A stretch of DNA of 64,000 nt from NCBI GenBank assembly GCA_963674965.2, contig CAXXFL010000006.1, positions 864,001-928,000 of the forward strand, in the 5' to 3' direction. The notes beneath the pieces were generated by a model. The model was given only the letters and a program-made list of their open reading frames with translations, was not told where the DNA came from and did not search any database. The number at the start of each line of letters is the position of its first letter. Position 1 is the first letter of the stretch. The stretch comes from a bacterium (GTDB taxonomy: Bacteria > RBG-13-61-14 > DATKZS01). Positions 32,682-43,200 of the stretch are shown here, one piece after another. Both the position numbers and the translations under genes were made by a program.

Positions 32682-33268
32682 ACCTCCCAGATATGCGCTT
32701 AAAACTGATCCCTGGCCTTCACGACACGAAAAGGCGCAGGGAGAACAAGCAAAGCTTTCCCCTTCGGTCAAAATAGCCGGGATAAATAAATTGGATTTTC
32801 GATCTCCGCTCATGCCCCAAATTACAAGCCTCGCGTCCGAAGACTCTCCCCAAGAGTCAAGACTGGACTTTAACCGCCGTAAATGAACTGGACGGCTCTT
32901 TTCCGTTCCTTATTATTAATGGTGAGCATTCAGGAGGGCTTGTGTCGGTCTTGGTGCTGTTGTTCCCCCCACGCACTTATAACTTATATTTATATAACTT
33001 GATCGCGAATCGTAGCAAAATGTTGTAATCAAGTCAAGATAGAATATTTGAAAAGATTGTGCCAACCTAAATTGTGTTACCAATACAGATAGTTATAATT
33101 TATTAGAAACCCCTGGTCTGCGCCTTCAAGAGCAATGTCTTGATAAGATACTGTCACTGCTGTTTGAATGTATAAGTGCCCTGTTCAAGGTAATGCGAGC
33201 CTCCCCGCGGTTAAAATGGAGTATCAGGCTTTTTAAGGCCGTCACCCAAACCAGACAAGGAGGCTTGC

Positions 33269-34294
33269 ATGAAAGATTATCATTATGTTGGGTTGGATGT
33301 CCACAAGAAGAGCATTGCTTTTTGTGTGAAGGAGGCGGACGGTCGGATCGTTGAGGAGGGCGAGATCGGGGCTACCCGTCGGGAGTTGGCGGCGTGGGCC
33401 GAGGGTCGAGATCGGGCGTGGAACGGGGCCATGGAGGCGACGATGTTCACGGGTTGGATCTACGATTTTCTTTTGCCTTACGCTGAGGACCTCAAGGTGG
33501 GTCACTCGTACATGTTGCGGGCGATTTGCGCGTCGAAGAAGAAGAACGACCGGGTTGACGCTCGCAAACTGGCCGACACCCTTCGCTGCGACTGGTTTCC
33601 CGAGTGCCACATGGCGCCGCCGGAGATTCGCGAGCTGCGCCGGGTCTTGCGCTACCGCAACTTGCTGGTTCGGGAGGCGGCCAAGCTCAAGACCAAGACG
33701 GCGGGACTGTTGATGGAGGTCGGGGCCGAATACGACAAGAATCGGCTCCATGGCGAGCGCTATTTCGAGGCCCTGCTCGGGAGTTTGGAAGACGTGCCGG
33801 ACTCGGTAGTTGAGTTGCTCGAGTTGACCCATTCGGGGATGAGGATTTTCGAGACGAATCAGAAACGGCTGGTTAACGCCTTGGTCGAACACCCGGTCCT
33901 GGCCGAGAGGGTAAAGCGGTTGATGACGATCCCCGGGGTTGGACAAGTAACCGCTCTGACCTGGGCGCTCGAAATCGGCGACCCGCATCGCTTCACTTCC
34001 GTGAAAAAAGCGCAGAGCTATTGCGGCCTGTGCAGCGCCCAAAACGAATCGGCGGGCAAGAGCAAACGCGGTCCGTTGTCCAAGCAGCGCAACAAACATC
34101 TTCAAACCATGCTGGTCGAGGCGGCCAAGCTCGCGCCTCGATATAACTCCCAGTTAGCGGAGGTTCACGAAAAAGCCCGGGCCGGAGGCGCTAACCGCAA
34201 CCGCGCCACTCTGGCCGTGGCCCGCAAACTGGTGGCGTACTTGTTGTGCGTGGATAAAACCGTGAGGCCCTTTGTGATGGCCGACGAAAATTAA
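33269..34294 (+). CDS. IS110-family recombinase (DEDD RuvC + Tnp domain)
   Basis: GLDVHK, MEAT, KNDRVDA, IPGVG, YCGL...ESAG. Confidence 0.95.
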   Translation: MKDYHYVGLDVHKKSIAFCVKEADGRIVEEGEIGATRRELAAWAEGRDRAWNGAMEATMFTGWIYDFLLPYAEDLKVGHSYMLRAICASKKKNDRVDARKLADTLRCDWFPECHMAPPEIRELRRVLRYRNLLVREAAKLKTKTAGLLMEVGAEYDKNRLHGERYFEALLGSLEDVPDSVVELLELTHSGMRIFETNQKRLVNALVEHPVLAERVKRLMTIPGVGQVTALTWALEIGDPHRFTSVKKAQSYCGLCSAQNESAGKSKRGPLSKQRNKHLQTMLVEAAKLAPRYNSQLAEVHEKARAGGANRNRATLAVARKLVAYLLCVDKTVRPFVMADEN

Positions 34295-34296
34295 TC

Positions 34297-34496
34297 TCCG
34301 ATCGCGCGCCACCCGCCGGTCCTCGCCGATTTTGGACTGGGCGACCCCGCTTCGGCGGGAGATGCTCCCTTACTGCTGTTTCGAGGCCGGCGGGATGATC
34401 CAAACTCAATCTTCGGCGATGGCCCAGGCCTGATGCCGCAAATGGATGTCTGGTCGCCCTCGGGGTCGGCCAAGGTCAAGAGGCGCGGCGATCGAA
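34297..34496 (+). ncRNA. Putative bridge/seek RNA of the IS110 element
   Basis: Closing stem 34299-34310/34482-34494 and stem 34312-34325/34382-34394; four 8-9 nt segments match the target and donor junctions. Confidence 0.8.
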
Positions 34497-35547
34497 AAGA
34501 AAATGAGTTTATCGCTTTGAGGGCCTACGGCCGGGACGAAGAAAAAAGGGCGAAGCAAATCCGCCCCGCCCGGCCGTCTGGACACCCGCGTCGGCGCTCA
34601 GGTTGCTCTCCAGCGGAGCCCTATCCTCCGCGCGGGCAAAAAGGATGATAGCATGAGTTGATCAGCGGATAAATCGTCGATGAACGGGGAGCCTCCCACT
34701 CCCCTTGACAAACACTTATCATGGAGGTCGCCCTCGGGGTCGGCCAAGGTCAAGAGGCGCGGCGATCGAAAAGAAAATGAGTTTATCGCTTTGAGGGCCT
34801 ACGGCCGGGACGAAGAAAAAAGGGCGAAGCAAATCCGCCCCGCCCGGCCGTCTGGACACCCGCGTCGGCGCTCAGGTTGCTCTCCAGCGGAGCCCTATCC
34901 TCCGCGCGGGCAAAAAGGATGATAGCATGAGTTGATCAGCGGATAAATCGTCGATGAACGGGGAGCCTCCCACTCCCCTTGACAAACACTTATCATGGAG
35001 GTCGCCCTCGGGGTCGGCCAAGGTCAAGAGGCGCGGCGATCGAAAAGAAAATGAGTTTATCGCTTTGAGGGCCTACGGCCGGGACGAAGAAAAAAGGGCG
35101 AAGCAAATCCGCCCCGCCCGGCCGTCTGGACACCCGCGTCGGCGCTCAGGTTGCTCTCCAGCGGAGCCCTATCCTCCGCGCGGGCAAAAAGGATGATAGC
35201 ATGAGTTGATCAGCGGATAAATCGTCGATGAACGGGGAGCCTCCCACTCCCCTTGACAAACACTTATCATGGAGGTCGCCCTCGGGGTCGGCCAAGGTCA
35301 AGAGGCGCGGCGATCGAAAAGAAAATGAGTTTATCGCTTTGAGGGCCTACGGCCGGGACGAAGAAAAAAGGGCGAAGCAAATCCGCCCCGCCCGGCCGTC
35401 TGGACACCCGCGTCGGCGCTCAGGTTGCTCTCCAGCGGAGCCCTATCCTCCGCGCGGGCAAAAAGGATGATAGCATGAGTTGATCAGCGGATAAATCGTC
35501 GATGAACGGGGAGCCTCCCACTCCCCTTGACAAACACTTATCATGGA
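34452..35547 (+). repeat. Four tandem, apparently identical 274-bp copies of the IS110 right end
   Basis: Units start GGTCGCCCTCGG at 34452, 34726, 35000 and 35274, and end TTGACAAACACTTATCATGGA. Confidence 0.95.
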
Positions 35548-35630
35548 TGTCCAAAATAGGACGGACCTTGCCTTTGCCCCATTATAAAACGGGGATTTAG
35601 ATGGTCAAGCTATGGGTTTTCAGGTTGAGG

Positions 35631-36251
35631 TTATCCCTTTTTGTCCCGCCGGGGCTGTCCAAGACCGCTGATGGGAAGATATAGTTGCTGGGGTTTGGGC
35701 ACGATAGGCTCCACGCCGAAGGGATTTTGCAGCCATTCCGTCAAATCCCGATAAGTAAAGAGGTTCAGCCGCGGCATGGAGGCCAGGTTCGAGAACGACC
35801 AGCCGGCCATGGATATGTAATGGAGCCACTTCAAAATAAGGATGGCGATTAAGGCTGTCCAAATCCGGATGAGCAGCGCGTTCTCGCTCGTGCCCACGAA
35901 GGACTTGATTTTGAGGTTTTGTTTCAGGGCCTTGAAGAATATCTCGATCTCCCACCGGTCCTTGTAAAGCGCGGCGGGCCGGTTTTTGTTGGCGTAGGCG
36001 AGGGGCGACTTGTTGGGGTCCTTTTTGACGCCGAGGTGGACGAGCTTGCCCATGCAGCACTTGAGTCCGTTGCAGATTTCACGCAGGGAGTCGGCCCTCG
36101 CGAGTTGGCAGAACATCATGGCCACGAACTGGTCCCAGCAGGTGAAGCCCTTGGCCTTGTACTCGGCGTTGTTTTTCCTGACCAGGGCCGCGAACTCGGA
36201 GCGGGGAAAATGTTTCAATACTTGACTGAACAGGCTGGATACGCGTACCAT
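35631..36251 (-). pseudogene. IS4 (DUF4372) transposase with in-frame internal deletion
   Basis: DUF4372 N-terminus (CWDQFVAMMFCQL..SLREI) joined directly to LYKDRWEIEIFFK; most of the DDE core is absent (206 aa). Confidence 0.88.
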
Positions 36252-36325
36252 AGTTTAGTCCTCCTTGTTGCCATGGATTTTTGTGTAATAAAAGTATCCC
36301 ACGGCATGGAGGACTTTTCATTTAA

Positions 36326-37668
36326 GGATCAACGTATTTAAGTATGGGTATATTTAGCATGGAAAGCGCCCCTTATCTTTAGGAAGAAGTATTCCATGTC
36401 CCTGAAGCCGAAGGCAATGCGCTTTATCACCTTGATCTTGTTGTTCACTCCCTCGATGAGGCTGGTGTGAATAGGATAACGGCAATGAGAGATGAGACCG
36501 GGCATGTGATCCTTGAGCTTCTTGGCGAATTTCTTCAAAGCGTCGATCCGCGATCTCATCGCTCGATGATACCAGTTCATCAGCCACTTGCGCGACCAAG
36601 CCTCGCTTTTATACCTCCAGATCTGCTTGAGGTCGTCCTTAAGAACATAGACTTTGAAAAGCTTGCGGTTAAGCCGGAGGAGATCGGCCAACCGAACGTG
36701 CTCGCCCCTTTCCACGTCAAGGTTCGAGGCGTTTTTAAGAAGCAGGTAGCGGCTGCCCTTGATGGCTTCCTTGCGTTCGCCTCGGGCCATCCTGAATTCC
36801 TGGACCCGGACCTTGTCCACCACCTCGCGTCCGTAAGCCGAAATGACGTGGAAGGGATCGTAAACTATCGCGGCGTTAGGGCAATGCTCGCGAGTGGCCT
36901 CCTCATAAGGCTTCCACATGTCCATGGCCACCGCCTCGATCTTCTCGCACTTTTCCGGCCCCAGGGCCTCGTAAAAAAAGGACAGGCTCTCCTTGGTCCG
37001 GTCCAGGCCGATGTAGGGGATTTCACCGCTCTTGAAGTCGATCACGGCCGTGGCGTAGCGATGGCGGCGGCGGATGGAAAACTCGTCCACGCCGATGACG
37101 GTGGGAGAAGCCTCGGACGGATCGGGCACTCGCTCATCCAGCGCGGCCTTGTCTATGGCCTTGACCGTCTTCTCGTGGAGGCCGTACTGCTCGGCAACGG
37201 CCTTAAGGCTACGAATCTCCTCGCAGGCCAAAGCCACCTCGGCGGCAAGACGTTTCGAGTACTCGACCCGGGGAAGCGTCCACTCGAGGCTCTCGGTGAC
37301 CACTCCGCAGTCGGGGCAATCAACGCGGACCTGATAGAAAAAAAGGTAACTCCGCTTGAAGACGCCGTAGGAAAGATCACGGACGCAACGTTCGTCGCAG
37401 TCGTAATACGCGCTGAACTCCCTGCCGCATCTGCACTTGTAAACGTTGCGATCGCGCGAAAGCTCGATCATCAGGCTGGGGAATTCATCTCCCTCCCAAG
37501 TATGAGTGCTGACCCGATGAACGGAAAAACCTGGAATGTTGACCATAATATCGATATAATCCTTTTTGACCGCCATCTCGTCCTCCTTGTTTTGGTGCTT
37601 TTTGCTAAAACTACTCTGACAAAGAGAACGGGGGCGGTCAATTCACCCACACTAAATTACGTAGAACC
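36326..37668 (-). mobile_element. ISL3-family element
   Basis: IRs GGATCAACGTATTTAAGTATGGGT and revcomp GGTTCTACGTAATTTAGTGTGGGT; 8-bp TSD TCATTTAA (36318-36325, 37669-37676). Confidence 0.92.
36338..37576 (-). CDS. ISL3-family transposase
   Basis: Zn finger, IGVDEFS, AMDMWKPY, YDPFHV, IEGVNNKIKVIKRIAFGFR. Confidence 0.95.
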   Translation of the reverse strand: MAVKKDYIDIMVNIPGFSVHRVSTHTWEGDEFPSLMIELSRDRNVYKCRCGREFSAYYDCDERCVRDLSYGVFKRSYLFFYQVRVDCPDCGVVTESLEWTLPRVEYSKRLAAEVALACEEIRSLKAVAEQYGLHEKTVKAIDKAALDERVPDPSEASPTVIGVDEFSIRRRHRYATAVIDFKSGEIPYIGLDRTKESLSFFYEALGPEKCEKIEAVAMDMWKPYEEATREHCPNAAIVYDPFHVISAYGREVVDKVRVQEFRMARGERKEAIKGSRYLLLKNASNLDVERGEHVRLADLLRLNRKLFKVYVLKDDLKQIWRYKSEAWSRKWLMNWYHRAMRSRIDALKKFAKKLKDHMPGLISHCRYPIHTSLIEGVNNKIKVIKRIAFGFRDMEYFFLKIRGAFHAKYTHT

Positions 37669-37889
37669 TCATTTAAAAGCTATCTTGGACAAGAGTGAGA
37701 TACTGTATTATTTTTTCTTTCTTCTCTGGAAAAATATTTATTATTGGGTCATATAATGCCGCTAAAATCAAGAAATGTTATAGACAAAATGAGTCACATG
37801 CGTCCGCCTTTTTGCAATGCTCGATAAATTCCGTTAACTCAGATATCACTTGTCCTCTTACTCTTGCCAAGCCCTCAAAAGTCATCATG

Positions 37890-38828
37890 CTATTTCGCAA
37901 AGGGCACGGATAAACGCTCCGCCAGTTCCAATGCATCCGCGGGCCAGAACCTCTCGGTCCGAGGATGGCGCACATTCCGCCGTCCAAACGCGGGGCGGCA
38001 TTCGAGCAGGGACTCGACCCATTGGGTGGGGAGCGAGTTCCGGCCATGCACCGCGCCCAACAGCGCGCCACAGATGGCGGCGTTGGTGTCGGTATCTCCG
38101 CCTCGCATAACGGTGTCAACGACGGCTTCCTCCAGGTTCGGGGCGTGCGGAAGCTGCCACAGGGCGTTTCCGAATGCCGTCAGTACCCACCCCTGTTGGT
38201 GGACATAGTCGGCGGGCGGCGCGTCGGCCGCTCTTCGGACAGCATCAAGGAGACTTTCATCCACCTCCATGCCTTCCGACCAGGTCACGATCTGCTCATA
38301 CAGATTTCGGCCATCGCACCCCGAGTGGATGGCATGGGCAATCGCCATCGTGAACAATGCGTTGGCTTGCTGGCAAACCGGATGGGGATGGGTGATCGCG
38401 GCATCCTGTCGCGCCCACTCGGCCACATGCTTCAAATCATGGTTGGCTCCGAAGATGCCGAGCGGACTGATCCGCATCATCGCGCCGTTGGCCTGGCTGT
38501 CCGGATTGGGACGACCCCGCAGACCACCGGCGACGGTCATGCCACAATCGAACGGCCCGGAGTCCAGCCAGAAGATGTACGCTTTCCTGGCTTCAGCGGG
38601 ATCGTACTTTCCCCGCTCGGAAAGCATGCGGGCCAGGGAGAGGGCCATCTCGGAATCATCGGTCGGTTGTCCGGCAATCGTGTCCCAGGCGCCTCCGTCG
38701 GCAAGCTCCCTCACTCCGTCGGGGTATTCCCGTCGGATGTCCTCCGGAGTTCGAAACTCGACCAGGCCGCCCAGCGCGTCTCCGGCAAGCTGTCCAAGGA
38801 GACAGCCTTGGGCGCGTTCAACTTGCAT
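37890..38828 (-). CDS. ADP-ribosylglycohydrolase (DraG/ARH family)
   Basis: GQLAGDALG, QPTDDSEM, ANGAMMR, THPHP, GGDTDTNAAICGAL. Confidence 0.92.
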   Translation of the reverse strand: MQVERAQGCLLGQLAGDALGGLVEFRTPEDIRREYPDGVRELADGGAWDTIAGQPTDDSEMALSLARMLSERGKYDPAEARKAYIFWLDSGPFDCGMTVAGGLRGRPNPDSQANGAMMRISPLGIFGANHDLKHVAEWARQDAAITHPHPVCQQANALFTMAIAHAIHSGCDGRNLYEQIVTWSEGMEVDESLLDAVRRAADAPPADYVHQQGWVLTAFGNALWQLPHAPNLEEAVVDTVMRGGDTDTNAAICGALLGAVHGRNSLPTQWVESLLECRPAFGRRNVRHPRTERFWPADALELAERLSVPFAK

Positions 38829-39048
38829 GGGATATCTCCATAAATTCTAAAAGTCGCCGTCAGACTGTCGAAATTCAGATTGGCCCGCGGACCCTGACTG
38901 AATTGAAGGCTCAATGCCCATTAGTCAGCGCGGCGAACAATAATTTCTGAGCCGCTCGAGCGATGAAAGTCTAGTCGAAATCACTGATCGAAGTCAAGGA
39001 GGACGATGGAAAAGAATAAGTTGTCCTCGTATATTTTTTCATTCCATC

Positions 39049-39232
39049 TTATTCATCCGGCAGAACAAGCGTCCAAATACGTTTGAGAGGCAATTCGGCC
39101 TGGATGTCTTCTGAAAGTTTTTCATAGTGAGCAAAAAGCGCGTCCATTAAATCTTCAGAATCCCATAGACGAATCTGGAAAAATATCTGCCTTGACTCCG
39201 TTTCCACGTTTCCTTTAAAGCCTCCCCGACCA
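39049..39232 (-). pseudogene. 3' remnant of Mrr-type restriction endonuclease
   Basis: GGFK...FFQIRLWD...YEKLSEDIQAELPLKRIWTLV resembles the Mrr C-terminus; the N-terminus is absent. Confidence 0.7.
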
Positions 39233-39401
39233 CAACTGTCATTATAACCACTCTCTATTCGACAACATGTCCCTTTTTGCTTTTCATCCTCAACTCCCCA
39301 ATACGGTAATTTTAATAGCGACTTCATGTAGCATGAGCAGTCAATACCGCCAATCTGATCCCAAAGTATTAAATATTATTTCATGATCATTATCTATTTG
39401 T

Positions 39402-40292
39402 CTATCCCTGTTTCTCATAGCTAGACCGAATATGATCCAGAAGCTCATCTTTATTGCAACGATTTGATTCGAAGAACAGCGAAGCCTCCTTGAGCAGGTT
39501 CCCAACAATCGGACCAGGTGCAATGTGCAACATATCAATGATATCGCGTCCTGTTACTGGAATAACAATACAATTTTCATCAAGGAGAGCTTTTTCGATC
39601 AGGAGAATGGCTTCGTGCTCAAAATCGAAACCATCATCCAAAATTTCAAGCTGTTTACGCCAGCGGTTAATATATCGGTTGCGGAATGCGACGGTGTTAA
39701 GCGCTTCCCTCCCGAGTTGACGCTTTGAATCTTCAATGAGCGGATCGAACGATGCAGCTGGCCAACTGCGAGCCAGGCGTCGGTTCCAGTCTTCAATTTT
39801 ATCTTTAGCGTTATCACCATCGGACTCTATTTGCCTCACAATAGTTTCAATACCGCCCAGGAATTCGACCGCATCCTCGATAAGATGATTGTAACATTCG
39901 AGCCAATGCTCTGCTTTTTCTGGTATGGCAGTGCCGCATGACTTCCGACGCCACAATTCGGCGACCGTTCTAGCTTGCTGATCAGAGTCGGCAAATCCAA
40001 GATTATGATGAAGTTCGGTCCGGAGACATCGCACCGCTTCGAGGTGTTGGTCAGTCCGATCACGATCCATTACATGATTAGTTTCACCAATACGCCTAAG
40101 GAATAATATACTTACTCGGCCCCCTTCGTAATAAAGACAGTATAGCCAAGATGTAGCTCTTATAAATGCGGGTTCAGGACAAATAGGATCTGGCAACATC
40201 ACATGAATCTCTTCAAAAGCAGAGCGCCCAATAAGACTTCTGCTAAGCGCGTTAATGCGCTGATGGTGGCGAAGAATATCTTCGAAGCTCAT
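39402..40292 (-). CDS. Hypothetical protein with HEPN-like Rx4H motif and CCA-enzyme-like C-terminal tail
   Basis: LRTELHH; C-terminal PVTGRDIIDMLHIAPGPIVGNLL; ATGA-coupled to the upstream gene. Confidence 0.55.
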   Translation of the reverse strand: MSFEDILRHHQRINALSRSLIGRSAFEEIHVMLPDPICPEPAFIRATSWLYCLYYEGGRVSILFLRRIGETNHVMDRDRTDQHLEAVRCLRTELHHNLGFADSDQQARTVAELWRRKSCGTAIPEKAEHWLECYNHLIEDAVEFLGGIETIVRQIESDGDNAKDKIEDWNRRLARSWPAASFDPLIEDSKRQLGREALNTVAFRNRYINRWRKQLEILDDGFDFEHEAILLIEKALLDENCIVIPVTGRDIIDMLHIAPGPIVGNLLKEASLFFESNRCNKDELLDHIRSSYEKQG

Positions 40293-43200
40293 CTTCTGCC
40301 TACCCGTCTACTAGGACAGTCTGCAATAGGACCAATATAATTGAAGGCGATGTTAAATCCACCGTGAATCCCTGCTCCACGCTTAAGCTCAATCATAGGA
40401 AAATCTCGTGCCTGTAGTATTACCTCCTGGTGAATACCCTCAACTAGAACACGAAAACGTCCACTCTCCGGTGCCTCGGAGATGATGCGTCCATTGAATA
40501 GTTCGGGCGCACCCTTATGATCAGTCCAGACATGTTGGCGAACAACTCTACGCGAGTCACTATAATCTGTCTCACGGCTTAGCCCCTGCCACAGGTCTCG
40601 TGCAGTGCGCTCATTTCTGAGCCTCCATTGCAGAACGGCTTCTAGGTAACGTATGCGTGGGTCACCCAACGATCCTTCTACAGCTCGCAGACGTTCAACC
40701 GATTTTAGTACAATATGTAGATTCTTTTCATCATTTGGGATTGGAGCCCGCTCTTTGCAGAAAAGGTAGGACAGAGTCCAAATGAGCCACTGGCATTTGA
40801 GGAGATATCGTAAGCAGCGAGCATCGTCGCTAATGTATTCCTCATGCTCGAGCAAGAATGCGGCTGCCTGCTTTGCGCGCTCGACTTCTTCCTCATTGGG
40901 GGTTCCAGAACCAAATAGAGGTCCTCCGATATTCCGCGCATGAAGGAATAATCCGGCCCGAGACCCAGACTCTTGCAGAGCTTTAAGCGCATTCTGCTCA
41001 AGTTGTTTATTATCCAGTGTCTGGGCAACTCTAACTCTTCTGCTCTCGAATTGCTCACGTTGATCGATATCTAGAGACTCTGAGTTAACACGCTCAAGAG
41101 CATCCCATATATCAGCGATTAACTCAGCACGCGTCTTCTGGTCCCAATCAGCACCCTTAAGTAAGTCATTGGGAACCCAAATACTAATGTCGATTGCGTG
41201 GTACGTATCAGCCGCGAAAATGGCTGATTGAGCTGACTCTTTTGCAGCTAAGTAGAATTGCCAAACTTCATTAAGTTTTGCACCCTGTTTAAGAAGCTGA
41301 ACAGCCCGGAATCCATAGATCGCTGCACGCTCGACCCGCAGATTCGCACACATTCGCTTAAGACCTGGACTAGTGCTTCCATTAAATTTATCAAGCGCCA
41401 AGTCCACAACTTCTTTTGCCTCTTCAAGAATCGTTGCAGGGTCAATGTCCGAATCGTTAGATGCATCCCGGAGGTAACGCCGACGCAGTGTCGCTTCTTG
41501 TAGCATCAGACTGGGATCTTCCACACCTCTCTTAGTACGCATTTCAGTGAGAGCCCGAGCGATGGTCAAGTAACTTTGATGATATCTGATTTTATATGGA
41601 CCGTCTGGTCCCAATCGATGCACGATATCTAGGACAAACCTCCTTTCAGAGCTACCATAATATCCTGGATTCGCATAGTTGAGTAGCTGAATAGCAACTT
41701 CAGCCTCCGCCTGTGCCGTTCCTAAACGACGTGCGGAGATAAGCTCGGCCTCTAGTCGGAGTCGTGGGTGAATAAATATATCATCTTCGTCATTTGCACT
41801 CCAACGAAACAGGTCGATTCCTAAGAAAAGGTTGGCTACATCAATTAAGTTTTCACTACTACCAACCGCACGCATCAAAATATTAACAGGAACTGGGCAA
41901 CCAAGCTTGCCAGGAACCATTACATAGTCGATTGCCCGAATCGATGCATCTGACTTGCTACCCAAGAACTCTTCTATTTTTTCCTCAAGAAGCGTTTTGG
42001 GATTTAATAAACCAGCATTGATCAATGCCTGGCCAAGTTGACCAACTTGCATAGGAGTTGTGCTTTTTACCCTTCCACGGTTTCGTAGGCATTCTTCCGC
42101 GACTCTTGCCTCTCTACTTAGACCAGTGGCCAGAAGCGGACGTACTTCTGGCAATATATGATATATTGCCGGAAGCAGGTATTCTGACTCAGTAATCTGA
42201 GGTGCAATGCCCGTGAAACGCTTGAGAATTTCAGTAAGCAATTGCAGCTCTGTCTCGTCTAGTTCCGAAGGTACCTCAATCAAATATTTGCTTGCCTTAT
42301 TACCATCGACCTCGGGAGTATCAATAACTCGATAAGCGCTACCTACGACAACAACTCGACGTCCCCTGCTAAAAAGCGCACGAACAATTTCGCGGTAGCG
42401 GGAAATGGGAGCATTAGCGTCGCAGACGAACAGGGTTGCCAAAGCCCCAGCGGCTTCGGCCTCAATACAAAATTCGTCAATTTCATCGATTCCAGGAACG
42501 CGAGTAGCCCTCGGAGAAAAGAGAACAGGAAATTTTTTAGTGGCGCGAATTTCGTAAGCGAGCCTGGTTAGGCCGATGCTTTTACCTGAGCCAGACTGTC
42601 CATGAATAAGAACCGCTTCTTGGTTCGACCCCGCGTTGTTGAGTGCCTTCAGAACGCGTTCTCTAAGTAAGTCCTCAAATCTTCTTCGGATTGCAAATCC
42701 CCTGCGAATACCTTCGATAAGGCGTCGCGCATCCTCCGCATATCCATGAAAACGTCGGAACTCAAAATATTCTGACTCTGGCCCTAACGGGACGAGGGGG
42801 CCTAGCCATGTGTCATCTAGAATGGAAGCCGCTGTAGAGGTCTTTAGGCGTGTTGCTGCTGATAGGTTGAGAAGATTGTCTCCAATCGAAACCGAATCTT
42901 CGCTAATGTACCTAATCGGTGCCGTTAGGTCTATGTGATTAGTAAGTTCAAGTTCCCGCAGGGCGGTAGATAGTCGTTCTCGGACTAGCACTATCTGGCC
43001 ACTCTGATCAGCAAGTTCTCTAATGAGCTTATTTTCCATTATATCATCCTGATCGTTCCAGCCGAACCAGTAAATTTGGCCGGAACGAAATGCGCTCAGG
43101 ATTCCAGCAAGGGCATCAGTAGAAAGCCAATCGCGACCACATGCGAAGCCATCTATTACCAGCACTCCAAGTGGGGTCACAGTGTCATAAACTCTAGATA

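Larger units (their letters stand above)
33162..35550 (+). mobile_element. IS110-family (IS1111-like) element
   Basis: GT core at both junctions; subterminal IRs ATGTATAAGTG (33168) and CACTTATCAT (35535); long 3' non-coding end. Confidence 0.88.
33155..37697 (-). mobile_element. IS4-family element (internally deleted) hosting IS110 and ISL3
   Basis: 9-bp TSD AGATACTGT at 33146-33154 and 37698-37706; IRs CACTGCTGT|CCAAAAT (split by IS110) and revcomp CACTCTTGTCCAAGAT. Confidence 0.9.

Noticed and set aside
33168-33176. Alternative IS110 core ATGT, which would give TTGACA-17-TATAAG on circularisation
   Set aside because: It would not restore the IS4 IR, and all four RNA guides converge on the GT at 33162-33163. 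Sequencing the circle junction would settle it.
34433-35470. Repeated 71-80 aa ORFs
   Set aside because: By-products of the tandem repeat in the IS non-coding end, with no recognisable motif.
34452-35547. CRISPR array or multi-guide bridge RNA array
   Set aside because: Units are 274 bp, appear identical, have no variable spacers and exclude the four guide segments; no cas genes are present.
36467-38843. Long plus-strand ORFs (429 aa, 292 aa) and similar ones at 58959, 60639 and 33242
   Set aside because: Antisense shadows of GC-rich genes with clear motifs on the opposite strand.
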